DNA of 63,989 bases, counting the filler, from Phoronis australis (Eukaryota; Animalia; Phoronida), in NCBI GenBank assembly GCA_002633005.1. It is 10 parts of 10 records of this genome, joined end to end, with 100 filler letters (N's around TTAATTAATTAA, not from the genome) between each part and the next. Parts side by side here need not be neighbours in the genome. Positions count along the whole stretch, not along the records: positions 1 to 22,885 come from NMRA01000878.1; 9 more parts are not named here. One strand, written 5' to 3'. Positions 1 to 12,675 of this stretch are shown here, in pieces. The first letter of the stretch is position 1, and every line of letters starts with the position of its first letter. Under the pieces are notes generated by a model. That model had not been told where the DNA came from. It saw nothing but the letters and a program-made list of their open reading frames with translations, and did no database searches. The translations under genes and the position numbers were made by a program.

Positions 1-1007
1 TAGATTTTTCTAGGAAAATTTTTTTCGGTCATTTTTACCCACAACGGCGCAAATTTGTATATTTAATTTAGTAAACGCCTTCGTACCAAGGCTAGAGCCT
101 TCCGAGCCCTTTGGCGTAAGAACACAATTGTTGGCGTTGCGCGTATACTCCAGGGGGTAAAACTTTGAAAATAATATTTTCGGGGTAACCTGATACAGGT
201 AATCCTAAAAAACTTGTCTGTGTTTTCATGTAGAGCGTAAAAATTATTAACCCAGTGATTCAAAAAGAACACTCTGGCAAACGAAAACGCCCAAAATTTT
301 CACCTCTATTACCCTGGTTAAAAAACAACTTCTATAAGTTTATTGCATCGGATTCTAGTGATCACCAGGGCAAGTCAAAACTCTTAAGGGGCGCAATTTC
401 AAACCTTTGGCAGGAATCAGTGTTATAAAAATGGAATTAGACCGACTTTAATTCATCAGCAATGTAGACACAACAGTTACAGACACTGACTGCGTTTGTT
501 AATGTCTTGTGGCAATGATAAAAATAAATGTTTCTACTATGATTGATAACAAGTTTTACTCTGATGAGGTATGATGCAATATACATGTCTAATATGCAGA
601 TCGGCAGTTGCAAAATTTTTACTTAATGAATCCGTTTGATATGAACCACTGTAAAAGTATGATTATTAATTGTACATTCGAAGCACGCCTCATTAGACTA
701 AAAACATACACACACATGCTTGATGATCCTGGGAGTACCTCTAGGCATGAATGAAGATATATACTGTAGTTGTTAAGCCATAGAGGATAATAAGGCTTAC
801 ATAATATCACACTGAGCCATCTACACCAGGCATATACAAAGGTAAGGATAAATGTATCTTTTTCACCAGCATAGATTTGTATAGTTTCATTTTGCAGAAA
901 GAACTGGTTTTACAAAGTCGGAATACAACAGAGATGTTATGTGCCCTTAATTGCTCAATATTTTAATTCGACTTGTTGGTTATTTATCAAATACATTTCA
1001 TGTTTAA

Positions 1008-3506
1008 CCCATTTATGCCCAACTACGCGTTTTCAGTGGATATTCAGATAGTATGTGCCATTAGACATACAATGAACATAATGAATAAGGAAAAATGGAA
1101 AGAAGTTTTTATTTTACGTTTTTTGACGTTTTCATCTTCGTCCCACAAAAGGGACGCTGGGCACATATGGGGTTCTATAAACCACCAACAGAAATACCTA
1201 CTAAAACCAGTAAAAATGAAAGATGTGGTATGATATTGATTGTTTTTGGATGCTAATATATTGCAGAAAGTAAAACAAAAGACAAAAATTGATGAGAATG
1301 TTGTATCAAGTATCTTTATTTTGGCACATGAAATGCCATAAAGCATTTGTCGTAAAGACTAACATCGCATTTCACACAAAAACGCTTTGTCTTCATTTTA
1401 CAAACTGCATATCGCCTCTGGGTGTCTTTTGTGTTTATGAAGTGGTCCAATCTGTCAAATCCGACATCAGGCAATACTTTCTTTGAGCAAGGCACGGATT
1501 TAGGAACATACTGAGTTACTCGTTTCCCCTTCATGAGCAATACATTAGCCGAACCTCCAGGAGATCTTTGTGCTGCTCCATTCCACTTTCGGTTGCTCTG
1601 TAGAGGTGTCATGCTTGCTGTACACAAAGATCTAGACAATAGGCGAAAATCGGCCACCACCATTTTTTGATCGTATCGAGACCCTGTATTTATCTATGTT
1701 TTGATCCATTCTGTCGACGCCACCCATGGTTTGATTGTAGTGACTTATCACAAAGGGTTGGTAAATCCGTATGCGCTGGCTCTCTGCGCGAGACCATCTC
1801 TTTGCTCTTTGTAAGGGGGCAACTCCGTGAAGATTGGACACTATATTGACAATGCTGTTGTCATTCCACCTAACAACACATAGATTGTTCGCGGCATCGC
1901 ATGAGTAGTCATATGTACCACGAGGTGTCTTCTGGAACTCTTTCACTGCTCTCAGGGGACAGTCTCCGAGACAATTTGCACGGATTTTGCCAGTGCATAC
2001 AATGCCTTGTCTCGAGAGCTCGTCAACCATGTCCAGTGAGGTGAACAAGTTGTCAAAGGTCAGGTGGTATGGTCTGTCCTTTGGTAGCTCAGCCAACGGA
2101 TCAAGCACGACTCTACCCCCATACCAAACCCCGCAGTGTCACCCGTCTGCTGACCTCGTTTTCCCTGATATGGTTCAAACTGAACCACGTATTCTAAAGC
2201 AGTTATCAACGCCCAGATTTTGAATCCGAATCTGATGGGTTTGCTGCGAATAAACTGTTTGGCCCCGCGTCCCCGGTAGTAGGGGATCATCGACTCGTCA
2301 ATTGACAGGTTTTGCTCTCGGCTGAAATAGACGAGACATTTCTCATTGATAGCCGACATCAGAGGTCTCACCATTCCCATTTTGTCGGAGCCATCCAGGC
2401 GATTGTTGTCTACTAAATGCATATAACGCATTATTGTCTCGACCCTGTTGCGAGACAAAGTGTTGGCTACTGCTGTGTTGTGCAAATCATCGTCAAGAGA
2501 CCAATACATTTTTCGCCTAGGTGTCGATGAGTATCCGGATACCAGGAGTATGCCAATGAACGATTTCATCTCATCTTGGGTAACAGTGAATTCATGAGCA
2601 CCTTTTGTTCCAGCACAGCGCACCGTCTTTGACACAATCATATCAATTACATCATCAGAAAAAAACAACTCGAACAATCCTGTTGGAGTCTGCGGCAAGT
2701 TGTCAAAGTTTGCTGTTGGTTGTTGACGCCACAGAAATTTGTCATGGGCTGTGATGTCCTGTTTGACCCAGGTTCTTGCAGCCTTTTGCTTTTTTGCCTT
2801 TTTGGTATTACTGTTTCTTCGTTGTTGTTTGGGTGGAGGTGGTTCATCATCAGAGCTGTCTTCCATTCGTTGACGTGTGCTGTTGATAACGGTTACAGAC
2901 GCTGCAGCAGTAAGGAGACGACCAGGAAGATTATCTATATTTCCAACGCTGTCTTCATCTCCACTGTCCTCATCTGTTATACCACCATCTGAAGGTGGGT
3001 TCATAAAAATGTCAGCCCGTTGAAATGCTCCATCATCTTCCAGCATTGCAACAGCATCATTTACAGTAAGATTCCTGCCAAATAAAATGAGAATAATGAT
3101 ATTACCAGGAGCAACCATTTTAGCCCAGCGTCCCTCTTGTGGGACGTTTTCAAAGGCATATATTGTTTACAAAATTTGTGAAAACAAATAATCAAAGCTT
3201 TCTATGGACTCTAGACACATTATTTTACTAAGTGAATTGCAATAAACTAAAAATTTCATGATTTGAATAAAATTTTTGCTTACCTTCTTTGAGACATGTG
3301 AAAACCTCTAAACCATGCAGGCGTGGCGTCACAATAGCACAATTACGTAAGTAAAAGTGGAGATAATTCCAATTGTTGCAAGTGACCCTCTGCGTACATT
3401 CCCAAGCAAACACTATACCAGAGTAAATTCAGATAGAATTGAATTTTTGTTATTTAGGACAGCATTTTTGTAGTGTCCCACCAATGGGACGCTGGGCATC
3501 AATGGG
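1008..3506 (-). mobile_element. piggyBac DNA transposon, full length, inactive
   Basis: 14-bp TIRs CCCATTTATGCCCA (1008-1021) and TGGGCATCAATGGG (3493-3506), 1 mismatch. TTAA at 1004-1007; the right flank reads TATA. Palindromic subterminal motif GTCCC-N5/7-GGGACG at ~1140, ~3125 and ~3475. Encloses transposase ORFs. Confidence 0.93.
1316..3297 (-). pseudogene. piggyBac (PGBD3-like) transposase, two frameshifts
   Basis: Three overlapping ORFs (2060-3118, 1632-2108, 1316-1663) carry SIDESM, KPIRFGFKIW, TFDNLFTS and GGVDRMDQ (DDD triad) and a degenerate C-terminal Cys-rich domain. Predicted 14-nt exon 1 at 3297-3284 and intron 3283-3075. Confidence 0.92.
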
Positions 3507-4215
3507 TATATTGACGGTTAAAGTAGTTGTGCATTTTACATGCTCTTTAAGAGAGTTATAAACAGAAGCGCTTTAGGATTTATATCTATTACCGCGATCA
3601 CCTGTCACAGCCAGTTACCTTTTTCTTCCCATCAATTTTGTGATATGTCAATTGTTAAAAAATTGTATAGAGTTATGGAAAATCATGTTTTTGTAATTGA
3701 AATTTCATTACTGTAAGTTCGCTTTCTTCTAGTGAAACCTCCAGCTTCAACAGAGTAATTAATCTGAGCGTGTTTTTCCTTCCAGGGTTAGAGGGGTACA
3801 CAATGATCAACTTATCTGCTTCACATCTATTGACGAACATGCTTTATCCTTAAAACTACATTCCGCCATATTTAGATGATGAAAAGAAGAACAAGCTAGG
3901 TGTTTCACTTTCACAAAATCAATCTCAAAATGATCCTTACTTAAAAAACATCCTATTTCATTGGCAATCTGTGTATGGTCTGTTTTCAAGTTTAAGGATT
4001 GGACAACCCCAATCTTGCATCCCTGGTAGTTCAAAAAAACATTTAAGAAAACTTAATCAAAGTAAGGATGAGTATGTGACCAATTTGATGAGAATCGAAG
4101 GCCTAATTCGATTTTTGTCAACTAAAAAGAGCAAAATTCAGTTTTAACTACTTTGCTGCCAGCTAACAAATGAAAATATAGTGCAATCCAAATGATACTG
4201 CAATGTGACATTTAA

Positions 4216-7200
4216 AGGAGCATGCCACCCAAAAAACAACCTAATTTGTATCAATTTAGATGAGTAGTTCTACTCCATAACGACACGTACGGTTGCGTTA
4301 CCTGACACCTGACGGCAGACGGAGGTGTTGAAATTATCCAATGACGTCATCGGTTTCATACGCAGTCTGTTCAGCAGTACACAACACGGGTTACTGGTGT
4401 CAGTTTATCGCTTGAATGCATCGTTTAACACCAAATAAATCATCAAACTTCGATTAAAAACCATTAAAAATACACCGACTTCTTATAAAAACGTGATGTT
4501 TTATTTCGCTCTTACGGCTATATTGGTATTTGGACACACCGCAGCCTACAAAGTTCGGTAGGCCAACAAAGTCCGTAGGAGGAGTTTAGGGTCTGTTCAG
4601 AGATAATTTCGAAGTATTTTCCGTGCGATACAGACAGAAGAGCCTAGATCTGTGTTGTGTAAAGTTGTATCTTTTTTTTAGTTCTAAACACAAACGCCTG
4701 TTATCCTGCCCGATCAGACCCATCGCGGCCGCCCGGATTGACGGCGTTGTCCCGACCAGTGGCACGGAAACTAATCACGAACATAAACCAGCCAACGTTC
4801 AGTGGAAACTAAACTTCCAGTGAAGAAAATACTATACTAGTGAGCCAAAGTAATGTGCACGTGATTATGTTGGTGAATTAGCTACGAAACTGAAAATCTA
4901 CTTACTCGTCGGGGGCTGCGAATTCAGGTTCCATTTTAGCCACAGCACCGTCAGGGCAGAAGTTGTACATTGACAATCATAGTGAGTAATGTAAATGTAA
5001 ATAAAGATTCTCCTAACACCTGGCCGTGGGATGGAAATCGAGTTCTTTCACAACAGTTTCTGCCAGCAAACACTAGCATGGGCTCACACGGCCTCGGTGT
5101 CCGGTCAATTAGTTTTATTGCACCTTATGCCGGTAACGCAGTGATTTATTCATTGATGGCTTTTCAAATTATTTGCACTCACGAACACTCCAAAGGCATT
5201 ACAAAGTGCATTTAATGAGACAGGCTTTGTTTCATTTTTATATAAGATTTGGTTAGGGTGAGTATAATTTATTTTGAAACAGAACGCTCAGTAATAAACG
5301 CCAACATGGCAACCGTCGCAATTCCGACTTAGGACGATCTAGACCTCATCAGTCCCAACTTTGCAAGTGTTTTACAGGCTATCAATTCGAACAGGAATAC
5401 AGTGATGAAGAAATACTAGAGGCGCCGTGAACAAGCTCACACAAAGGAACGTATAGAGTTATTTGGTAATGCTGTTGTCAGAAATTGCTGGTGGGAAAAT
5501 CAACGTGTCCATTGACATAAAAGAAACGCATTCAATTATGAACTGAACCTGGATTGAAATAATGATATGTGTCACAATTCTCATTCAAATACAAGAGAGG
5601 CAACTTTACATGAGTTGGATTAATGTTTTGTAAAGCCAATCACATGTTTAAGCCCTTAGGTTGAATGAGTCACATAGGCCTGCTGTGTATATTCAAGGTT
5701 TTGAGGTTAACAAGAACTTATATTGTTTTTATTTGTAATTAATATATACATGGAGTAGGAAACTTAATTTTTCCTTGCAATGTCATATATGTTAACATTT
5801 GGTCTCCACTGAGGCCACTATACCCTTTTAGATCATTGCACAGTAAATGTTATTGAGATCAATTAATTCTGTGCTTTGTACAGGGTCATCCTTGACATTT
5901 TCAGAGATAAAACGTGATAAATGTTGCCTGACATGTTTAATTACCATAAAGGTTTGTACAGCAAAATACAAGAATTGCTCTGCATATGTTGCACATCCGA
6001 GGTTATTATATCACCAAGAGGAGTCGACATCACAAAATTATGACTCAAAATGTTGATCGCTGATGAGATAAATATAACATAATCTGTACCAATCATATAA
6101 TAACGGAAAGGCAATGCTTATTTCCACAAGTGGGTGCTTGAGATTACTCAGCTCGCCCCCGTGGTTTTGGAATTCGGTGAACCCACACAGTTGTGTTTCA
6201 TTTTGAACCGAATCAGAATAAAGATGTAAGATATAGTATCGTTCTGTGTTCTGTAAAGAACATGGCATGGACATACGGCATTGAAATTTATTGGTTGAAG
6301 TTCGCAGCATGTATCCTTTTGATGTGGTCAACTGGTGATGCAATCGTTACTGTGCATTTGGCTCATTTAGTCATTTTGCAGCATGTATCCTGGTCTTGTA
6401 GTCAGTCGAGAAGAATAATTGCGCATTTTTGATGTTCAGGTTATTCACTTTGTGTAAAGAAATGGAGATTAATTGGTATTCCAAGAAGTGAGAGAATATG
6501 CGGCATATGTTGTTGGGGGTGAAACTGAAGATGAGCCTCTTTCCATGTGTCGACGCCGTGTTCTTGGAGACTTTGTGATTGCTAACTATTCTCTTGTTAG
6601 GTTATTCCAACAGAAAAACATGACAGTACCCACCGTCTTGCATTGTATATTCAGAAAGCTTTGACTTTAAGAAAAGAACTGTACAATAAGTAGTATTATA
6701 CATGTTTATCAGCATGTATGTATTCAGTTGGCTGCGTGTGTCCTGGGTCCTTCTTGTTCATTTTGTCAGTTGGCAGCGTGTGTACTGGTCATGTAGTTAG
6801 TTGGCAGCGTGTGTACTTGTCAGGTAAGCAGTTAGCAGGGAGTGTCCTGCTCTAGTAGTCAGTTGGCAGCGTGTGTCCTGGTCATGTGGTCGGTTGGCAG
6901 GAAGTGCCCTCGTCGTGTACTCCAGCAGCAGTGCGTATCAGTTTCGGATATTTAGTTGAGAGTAAAGAAGTAAGTAATTTTTCTCTGTCCACCTTTTGCA
7001 GCATTTCTCGCAAATTGATCAAAGTGCAGGAACACGGGAGGTTTTATCCTGGACAAGTAGTCACTTGGAAGTGGCTATTTTGTTTCCGTTGTCAGCTGGT
7101 CATCTTTATTCACCCATGAATAAAAGTAACAAATGATCGAGAAATCATGTTCAAGACCTATTCAACCAGGATTCAATTTCAATGTTTGTTACATTTGGAC

Positions 7201-10200
7201 CATGTCTATATTGAAGTATGCAATCGATCTACCATAACTTTTAGCCAATGTAGTGACTTGATACCAAACGTATGTTCTTGTAGTGAGTGTGTACCAAGAA
7301 AATCAAAGTAACTTACAAAGTATAGTGTTCTTGCCTGGTACTGTCACAGGCCAACGAGTGAAAATTTGTTCATTTTTATTGTCGCGTTTAGCGTGACTGA
7401 AAATTGAAAATTAACTCGATCTGTACTAAATCGTGGTTGCAGGGAGTCTCTTGATTACAACACATGCCGCCTATGAAATTTGAATTTGAAGAACCCAAAT
7501 ACGACCTAGAGTATTGCGGCATGAGCAATGGTAATTGTTGGAGACAGCCGTAATAAGCATTTGCCACATGGCGACCAAATTATCCACCGCTACTTAGGAG
7601 TGTCGCCCTGGGCAGAGCACCACCCCACCCTAAAACTAAGCAACTTCTATTGCCTCGTGATATCTGTATTCTGTAGGATAACTAATTTGAAATCACAAAA
7701 AGCTGTTTTGAATGAAATAGAAATTTGTTGAACTCCATTTTTCGACAAAGTTATCAAGGCTATGGTTTCGCTTTTTCTTTCATGCTTTCATGAAGAAGAC
7801 AACAGATTCATTTTCATTTGTTGTCAGTCAATGGAATGATCATGATTATGTAACCTTGGACCGCACGCTATTGACGTCTAGAAAAGAGCCATCTGAGCAT
7901 TGGTGTATGTAAATAATACCAAGCGTTCTTCTTGAGATTTGGTGCCAACAATATTATCGAAGTAAAATATGATTTTCTTACTGTAACATCGTTGAAAACG
8001 CTTTACATGTCACCAGAATGAACAGGCACCGTCGCCGAGATGCTCCGATTCGGAATGTGGACAAAATGTAAGCCAGCCCTCGTAGAACAGGTAAACTGAC
8101 TTTTAGGCATAGTCAAAGCATCTATTGCATTATTTAATTTATTGCAGACGCTGTACTTACATTCATAAGTCAAATTCGTTTTTGTGTTATTTTTGCCAAA
8201 ACATCGCACATATTCGTGTCTGTAATTGTGATAAAACTTCAGGAGGCGCTGTGCGGTTAATCGGATGCGTGACTTCAGCGATTAACCTAAGTCACTTCTC
8301 AGTTCCGAGATCGTATGTAACTTACACGCAGACACGTAATGTGCGGTGTCGGTGATGTTTCCATTGACAAAAGGATGGCCAACGAACAGACAGAGGTATT
8401 GAAATTGATTTGATATCTTTATAGCCATCATTTTACATCACCGAAATTGAGTACGCACATCCTAGGATGGATGACACACTCCGCCATCGGGATGGTGGAT
8501 CACGGTCGACTTTGTTGACGGACGATCAGGGAACTATCCAGTGGCCGGGGGTAAACAAAAGATTTCCACATGATTGCCGTATCACAGACTCGAAATCTAC
8601 CGCCTAGTCATTTTTTACTCTATTTCTAACTACAATTTGCTAAAACGATAACACAGCAAGACATGCAGAACTTACAGCTTGAAACGCGAGTTGCGATCTT
8701 TTCCTGTTCATAACATTCATTCATTTATCTAAATTAGGGCGGACAAACAATTGTTTTCCTTATGAAAAAAATGCTGCATCCTACCCAATAATAATCAAAA
8801 AAATATCAAATCGGAGAAAGCACTACAAATTCTTAGCAATTTTTGTGGCGAAATTTGAGTCACTTGTAACGATCGGGTCGGCCATCTAGGACGACAGACG
8901 GATAAGTTACATGTACGAGATTAAAACTTTTTATAAATTACTTTTACCAAGAATTTACAGTGACATTTCATGAAACATATTTTTATTTACTATTCCGCGC
9001 GATTCCTTCACCAAATTTCAGCCTCACAGACATTACTTATAAGTGATAAAAGTGCTCACACTTCCCGTTGGCGGCTCGAACAACATAGCGACGTCTGCTG
9101 AACTGAAAGACATGTTCAACCGGCTCCTTTGTAGTTTCTAAAGACTAAACTTGATGATTTTGCCAATATTGATACAACAAACCGCTTTGTTCAATGTTCA
9201 CGATTTTGTGCAAACATATAAGGAATGTTGTAATTATTTCACTGTGAATTTCCCTTTCAGGTGATATTACACTGAGCTAAAAGGATAGTCGAAAATTTTT
9301 GAAATGTTTTTTCTTTGACAGTTCAAATGCCCTAGCAACTTCTTAAAATTCATGAAAATTACTGGCCTTCGCTGTGCACGATTGCGCTAAAAATAGATAA
9401 GAACTGAAACAAAGACGCTGGCATAATTTGTTTACTTCGCTGCATTGAGAACTACGCCGAAGTGACGTCTGGCAGTTGAAAATCCACAGATTTTATCAAT
9501 TTTCTATCTCTTTTTCTCACTTGACTTTTCCTACATTTGTATAAGTATTCGTGCATTATTTAGAGGGGGTGAGTTGCTCATAAAACCGGACAATTTTTTT
9601 ATTTTGTGTTTTTCTTGATTGAGAAATTTCCAACTTAATTTTTAAATTTTCCAAAAAAGTGGGACTTCTAACAAAAATTATATTTATCTGTCCTGATTTC
9701 AACAAATTAAAGTTATTTTCAAATTTAAATAACGTTCACATTCCTTGGTATATGCTAAGCTATGTGAGCATAGACAGCAAAATTGGTCAATTGCCCGTGT
9801 CAGTGTCGTCCATTTTGCCTCAAGGTCAGAAACAAACGTCCCGTGGAGTACGAAAATGCAGTTGAAGTCCGTGAAGAATGAAAGGTATGGTTTTAATAGT
9901 AAGTTTGAGGCCGTGAAACTTATCCGTGTCTGTGGTCGGCATTTCGTCGACAGTGATTTCTCTGACGAATTCCGGCTTACCAAAGAACTATCCATAAGTT
10001 CAGTTGCCTATGGATGTTCACGGCCCCTCTCAGGTATTTATTGATCAGTGCATTCCGATTCCAACTTATAGACTGTGAAACCTAACGATCCGACCCGTGA
10101 AGTCTTCGTCGGATGAGCGGTCTTGACTAAGTCGGGATTGGCGCTGGGCGAGTTCCCATGTGGACGTTTATTATTCTGCGTTCTGTTTCAAAATGAATTA

Positions 10201-11318
10201 TTCTCATCCGAAAATGATCCTAGTAACCAATGCTTATATGAAACTGGAACAAAGACTGTCTCATTACATAAAATTAGTAATGCCTTGGAGTGCTTCTGAT
10301 TGCAAATGTCGCGAGACACCAGCAATGAATAAACCACTGCGTTACCGGCTTTTGATGCCGGCAACAAATTAATGTAATTGACAACCGGGCACCGAGGGCA
10401 CGTAAGCGCATACTAATTCAGTGTTTGCTGACAGAAAGCTGTTTTGAAAAAAAATACTCGATATTATATGCTATTGTCACATGTAAGGGGAATCTTTATT
10501 TAGAGCTAAAAATACAGTACATTATTTAAATCATTTTTACTGTACAGCCTTTGCCCTGACAGTGTGTGGAAAGGGAACCCGACTTCGCGGCCCCCGACAA
10601 GTAAGTACGTTTTCAGTTTCGTGGTTAAGTTACACAGATAATTGCGTGCCCATTATTTCTTTGGCTCACAGTTATAGTTTTCTCGTGACTGGAGGTTTAG
10701 TTTCCAACTCAAGCTGGTTTATGTTCGTGCCAAGTCCGGCCGTCGTGACGAGCCTGATCCGGATCCGAACCACTGGCCGGGACAAACGTGTCAGTTCTGA
10801 TGCCTCGGGCCTGATCGGGTTCCGAGCCACTGGCGTGTTTAGAGATCAAAAAACCACAAGTATAAACAACAAAGGCCTAGGTTCTCCTGTCTGTATTTCA
10901 CGGAAGAATACTTCCAATTTGTCTCCGAACAGACCCCAAATGCCTGTCGCGGACTTTGGAAATTGGCCTCAGGGAGTGCCTGACATTGTAGGCTACGGTG
11001 TGTCCAAATACCAGTAAATCCGTAACAGCAAAATAAAGCAACACGTTTTTATCAGAACTCGGTGTATGTTTAAGGTTTTACATCGAATTTTGACGATTTA
11101 TTGGTGTTAAACGATGAATTCAAGCGATAAGTTGACACCAATAACTCGTGTTGTGAACAGCTGAACAGACTGCGAATGAAACCAATTGCGTCATTGGATA
11201 ATTTCAATACCTCCGTCCGCCGTCAGGTGTCAGGTAGCGCAACTGAACCTGCAGTTATAGAGTAGAACTACTCGATCTGAATTGATCAAAATAGAATGTT
11301 TTTGGGTGGTATTCTCCT
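4216..11318. mobile_element. Kolobok-like DNA transposon structure: two ~1.3-kb inverted arms bounded by TTAA
   Basis: TTAA|AGGAGCATGCCACCC at 4212-4230 and GGGTGGTATTCTCCT|TTAA at 11304-11322. By eye, 4216-~5490 aligns with the reverse complement of ~9960-11318. AGG/CCT termini with a TTAA target are typical of Kolobok. Decayed KolX-like motifs (GYQFEQEYSDEE at ~5375-5415; EMPT and CIFVLHGTF on the minus strand at ~9830-9950). Confidence 0.7.
6725..6901. repeat. 31-bp minisatellite, ~6 degenerate units
   Basis: Unit like CAGTTGGCAGCGTGTGTCCTGGTCATGTAGT recurs at about 6767, 6798, 6829, 6860 and 6891. Confidence 0.8.
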
Positions 11319-12406
11319 TTAAGGGCTTATAGCGAATTCCAGCTCACCTTCAAGCCCCTAACCCAGAACAAAAAGATAGGGTCAGGTTTTACAGAGTTCG
11401 GAAGGCTTAAACAAAGTACTTCTTGGCATGTCGTCCTCAACTTAACGTGGACTTTCCTGCTGCTGCCTGTTACGTTTGATACCTTTATTAATGCCTGGCA
11501 CTAGCTTCCAAATCCACCAGCTGATCGGTTAAGAGTCGTTTCCCGGAAGTGAATGGGTCTAAACGTTCACGTCACTTAGCGATGATTGGTTAAAAAGAAT
11601 CTCAGGTTGTGTACAGACAAAGAAGTACGTAGTTAATTCAGTTGTTAATTAACAGGTGGTGCATTTTGATTAAATCACACATTTAGACAGCTTTATTCAT
11701 AAGTCTTCAAGGGCTTTAAGATATTTCGTTAACAAGATTGGGTAACGTGCCGAAGTGCAGCCGGTCATGAATACTTCACGTGTGCTTACATTGCATCGTG
11801 CTTACGCGCAGCATTGGAAAGAAGTGACTCAGATCAATGGCAAGAGATAGGGAATTGGGAATCCGTAGGATAACGTGATTGACCTGATGCATACCCTGGA
11901 TGCAAATTGGAAAATCAGGCAATTGAAGTTATCAAAAAAAATCTGTGCAGCGGTTTATCATTGTTTGGTACTACGTTTTTACTTGCAAAGAATATGATCC
12001 AGGCCTTGGAGTTTGACATAACACCGTCTTGCCAGATGCAACCAGGAAAAATCCCAGATTTCCAAATATTACAAATTTTCCAAAACAAGGATGTCCCGTG
12101 TGGCATGGTGGGTGTCATGTTTTTCACTAAAAGTGGATGGGCGCAGGTTGATACAGGCCGGCGCTTATACATGTACCTTTTGGTGCGACGACAGCTGAAG
12201 GCTAGTTCGAGTTAATCACTTTATTAATCTCGGCTGTACGTTCACAAGCCTACTCAGACAAAACCTCCGACGTGATGTCTGCTTTAAGCCCCACCCTTTG
12301 TAGCAAAGCCTTAAATTGTGATGAACTTCTGAGACACATTCAGCAACTGTTAGACTCACTGATTCAATGACCTGCTGTCTCTATAGCTGGTTCTCTATTG
12401 GCTACC

Positions 12407-12561
12407 TGTGATAACTTTGGGAATAACAATGATGTTAGTCGATAACTGAGTACTATATTAATTATCCTAAACTACAGTAAGCAGCCATAACGGAAGAAGA
12501 GCATCAGGGGTAAAAAACGTGTTAACAGTAACGCCATCTGGCGACTAAACAAGCTATAACA
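12407..12561 (-). repeat. 3' LTR of Mag-like element
   Basis: Direct repeat of 16607-16761; adjoins the PPT. Confidence 0.95.
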
Positions 12562-12675
12562 CTTCCCCCCTTAAGTCCAGTCCATATGTAGCAAACAAGG
12601 GTAAATACTTTAGCAACCACAAGTGTCAACTTAATTAAAAGTCACTCCCACAAATGCATTTTGCAACGTTCCATC

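Noticed and set aside
7528-7731. SGNH/GDSL esterase (VIVGDS) of a LINE ORF1
   Set aside because: Only the first short motif is present and no later blocks are recognisable.
9745-10044. Intact THAP-domain gene
   Set aside because: The N-terminal CxxxxC is incomplete, no transposase follows, and the antisense KolX-like reading fits the arm orientation better.
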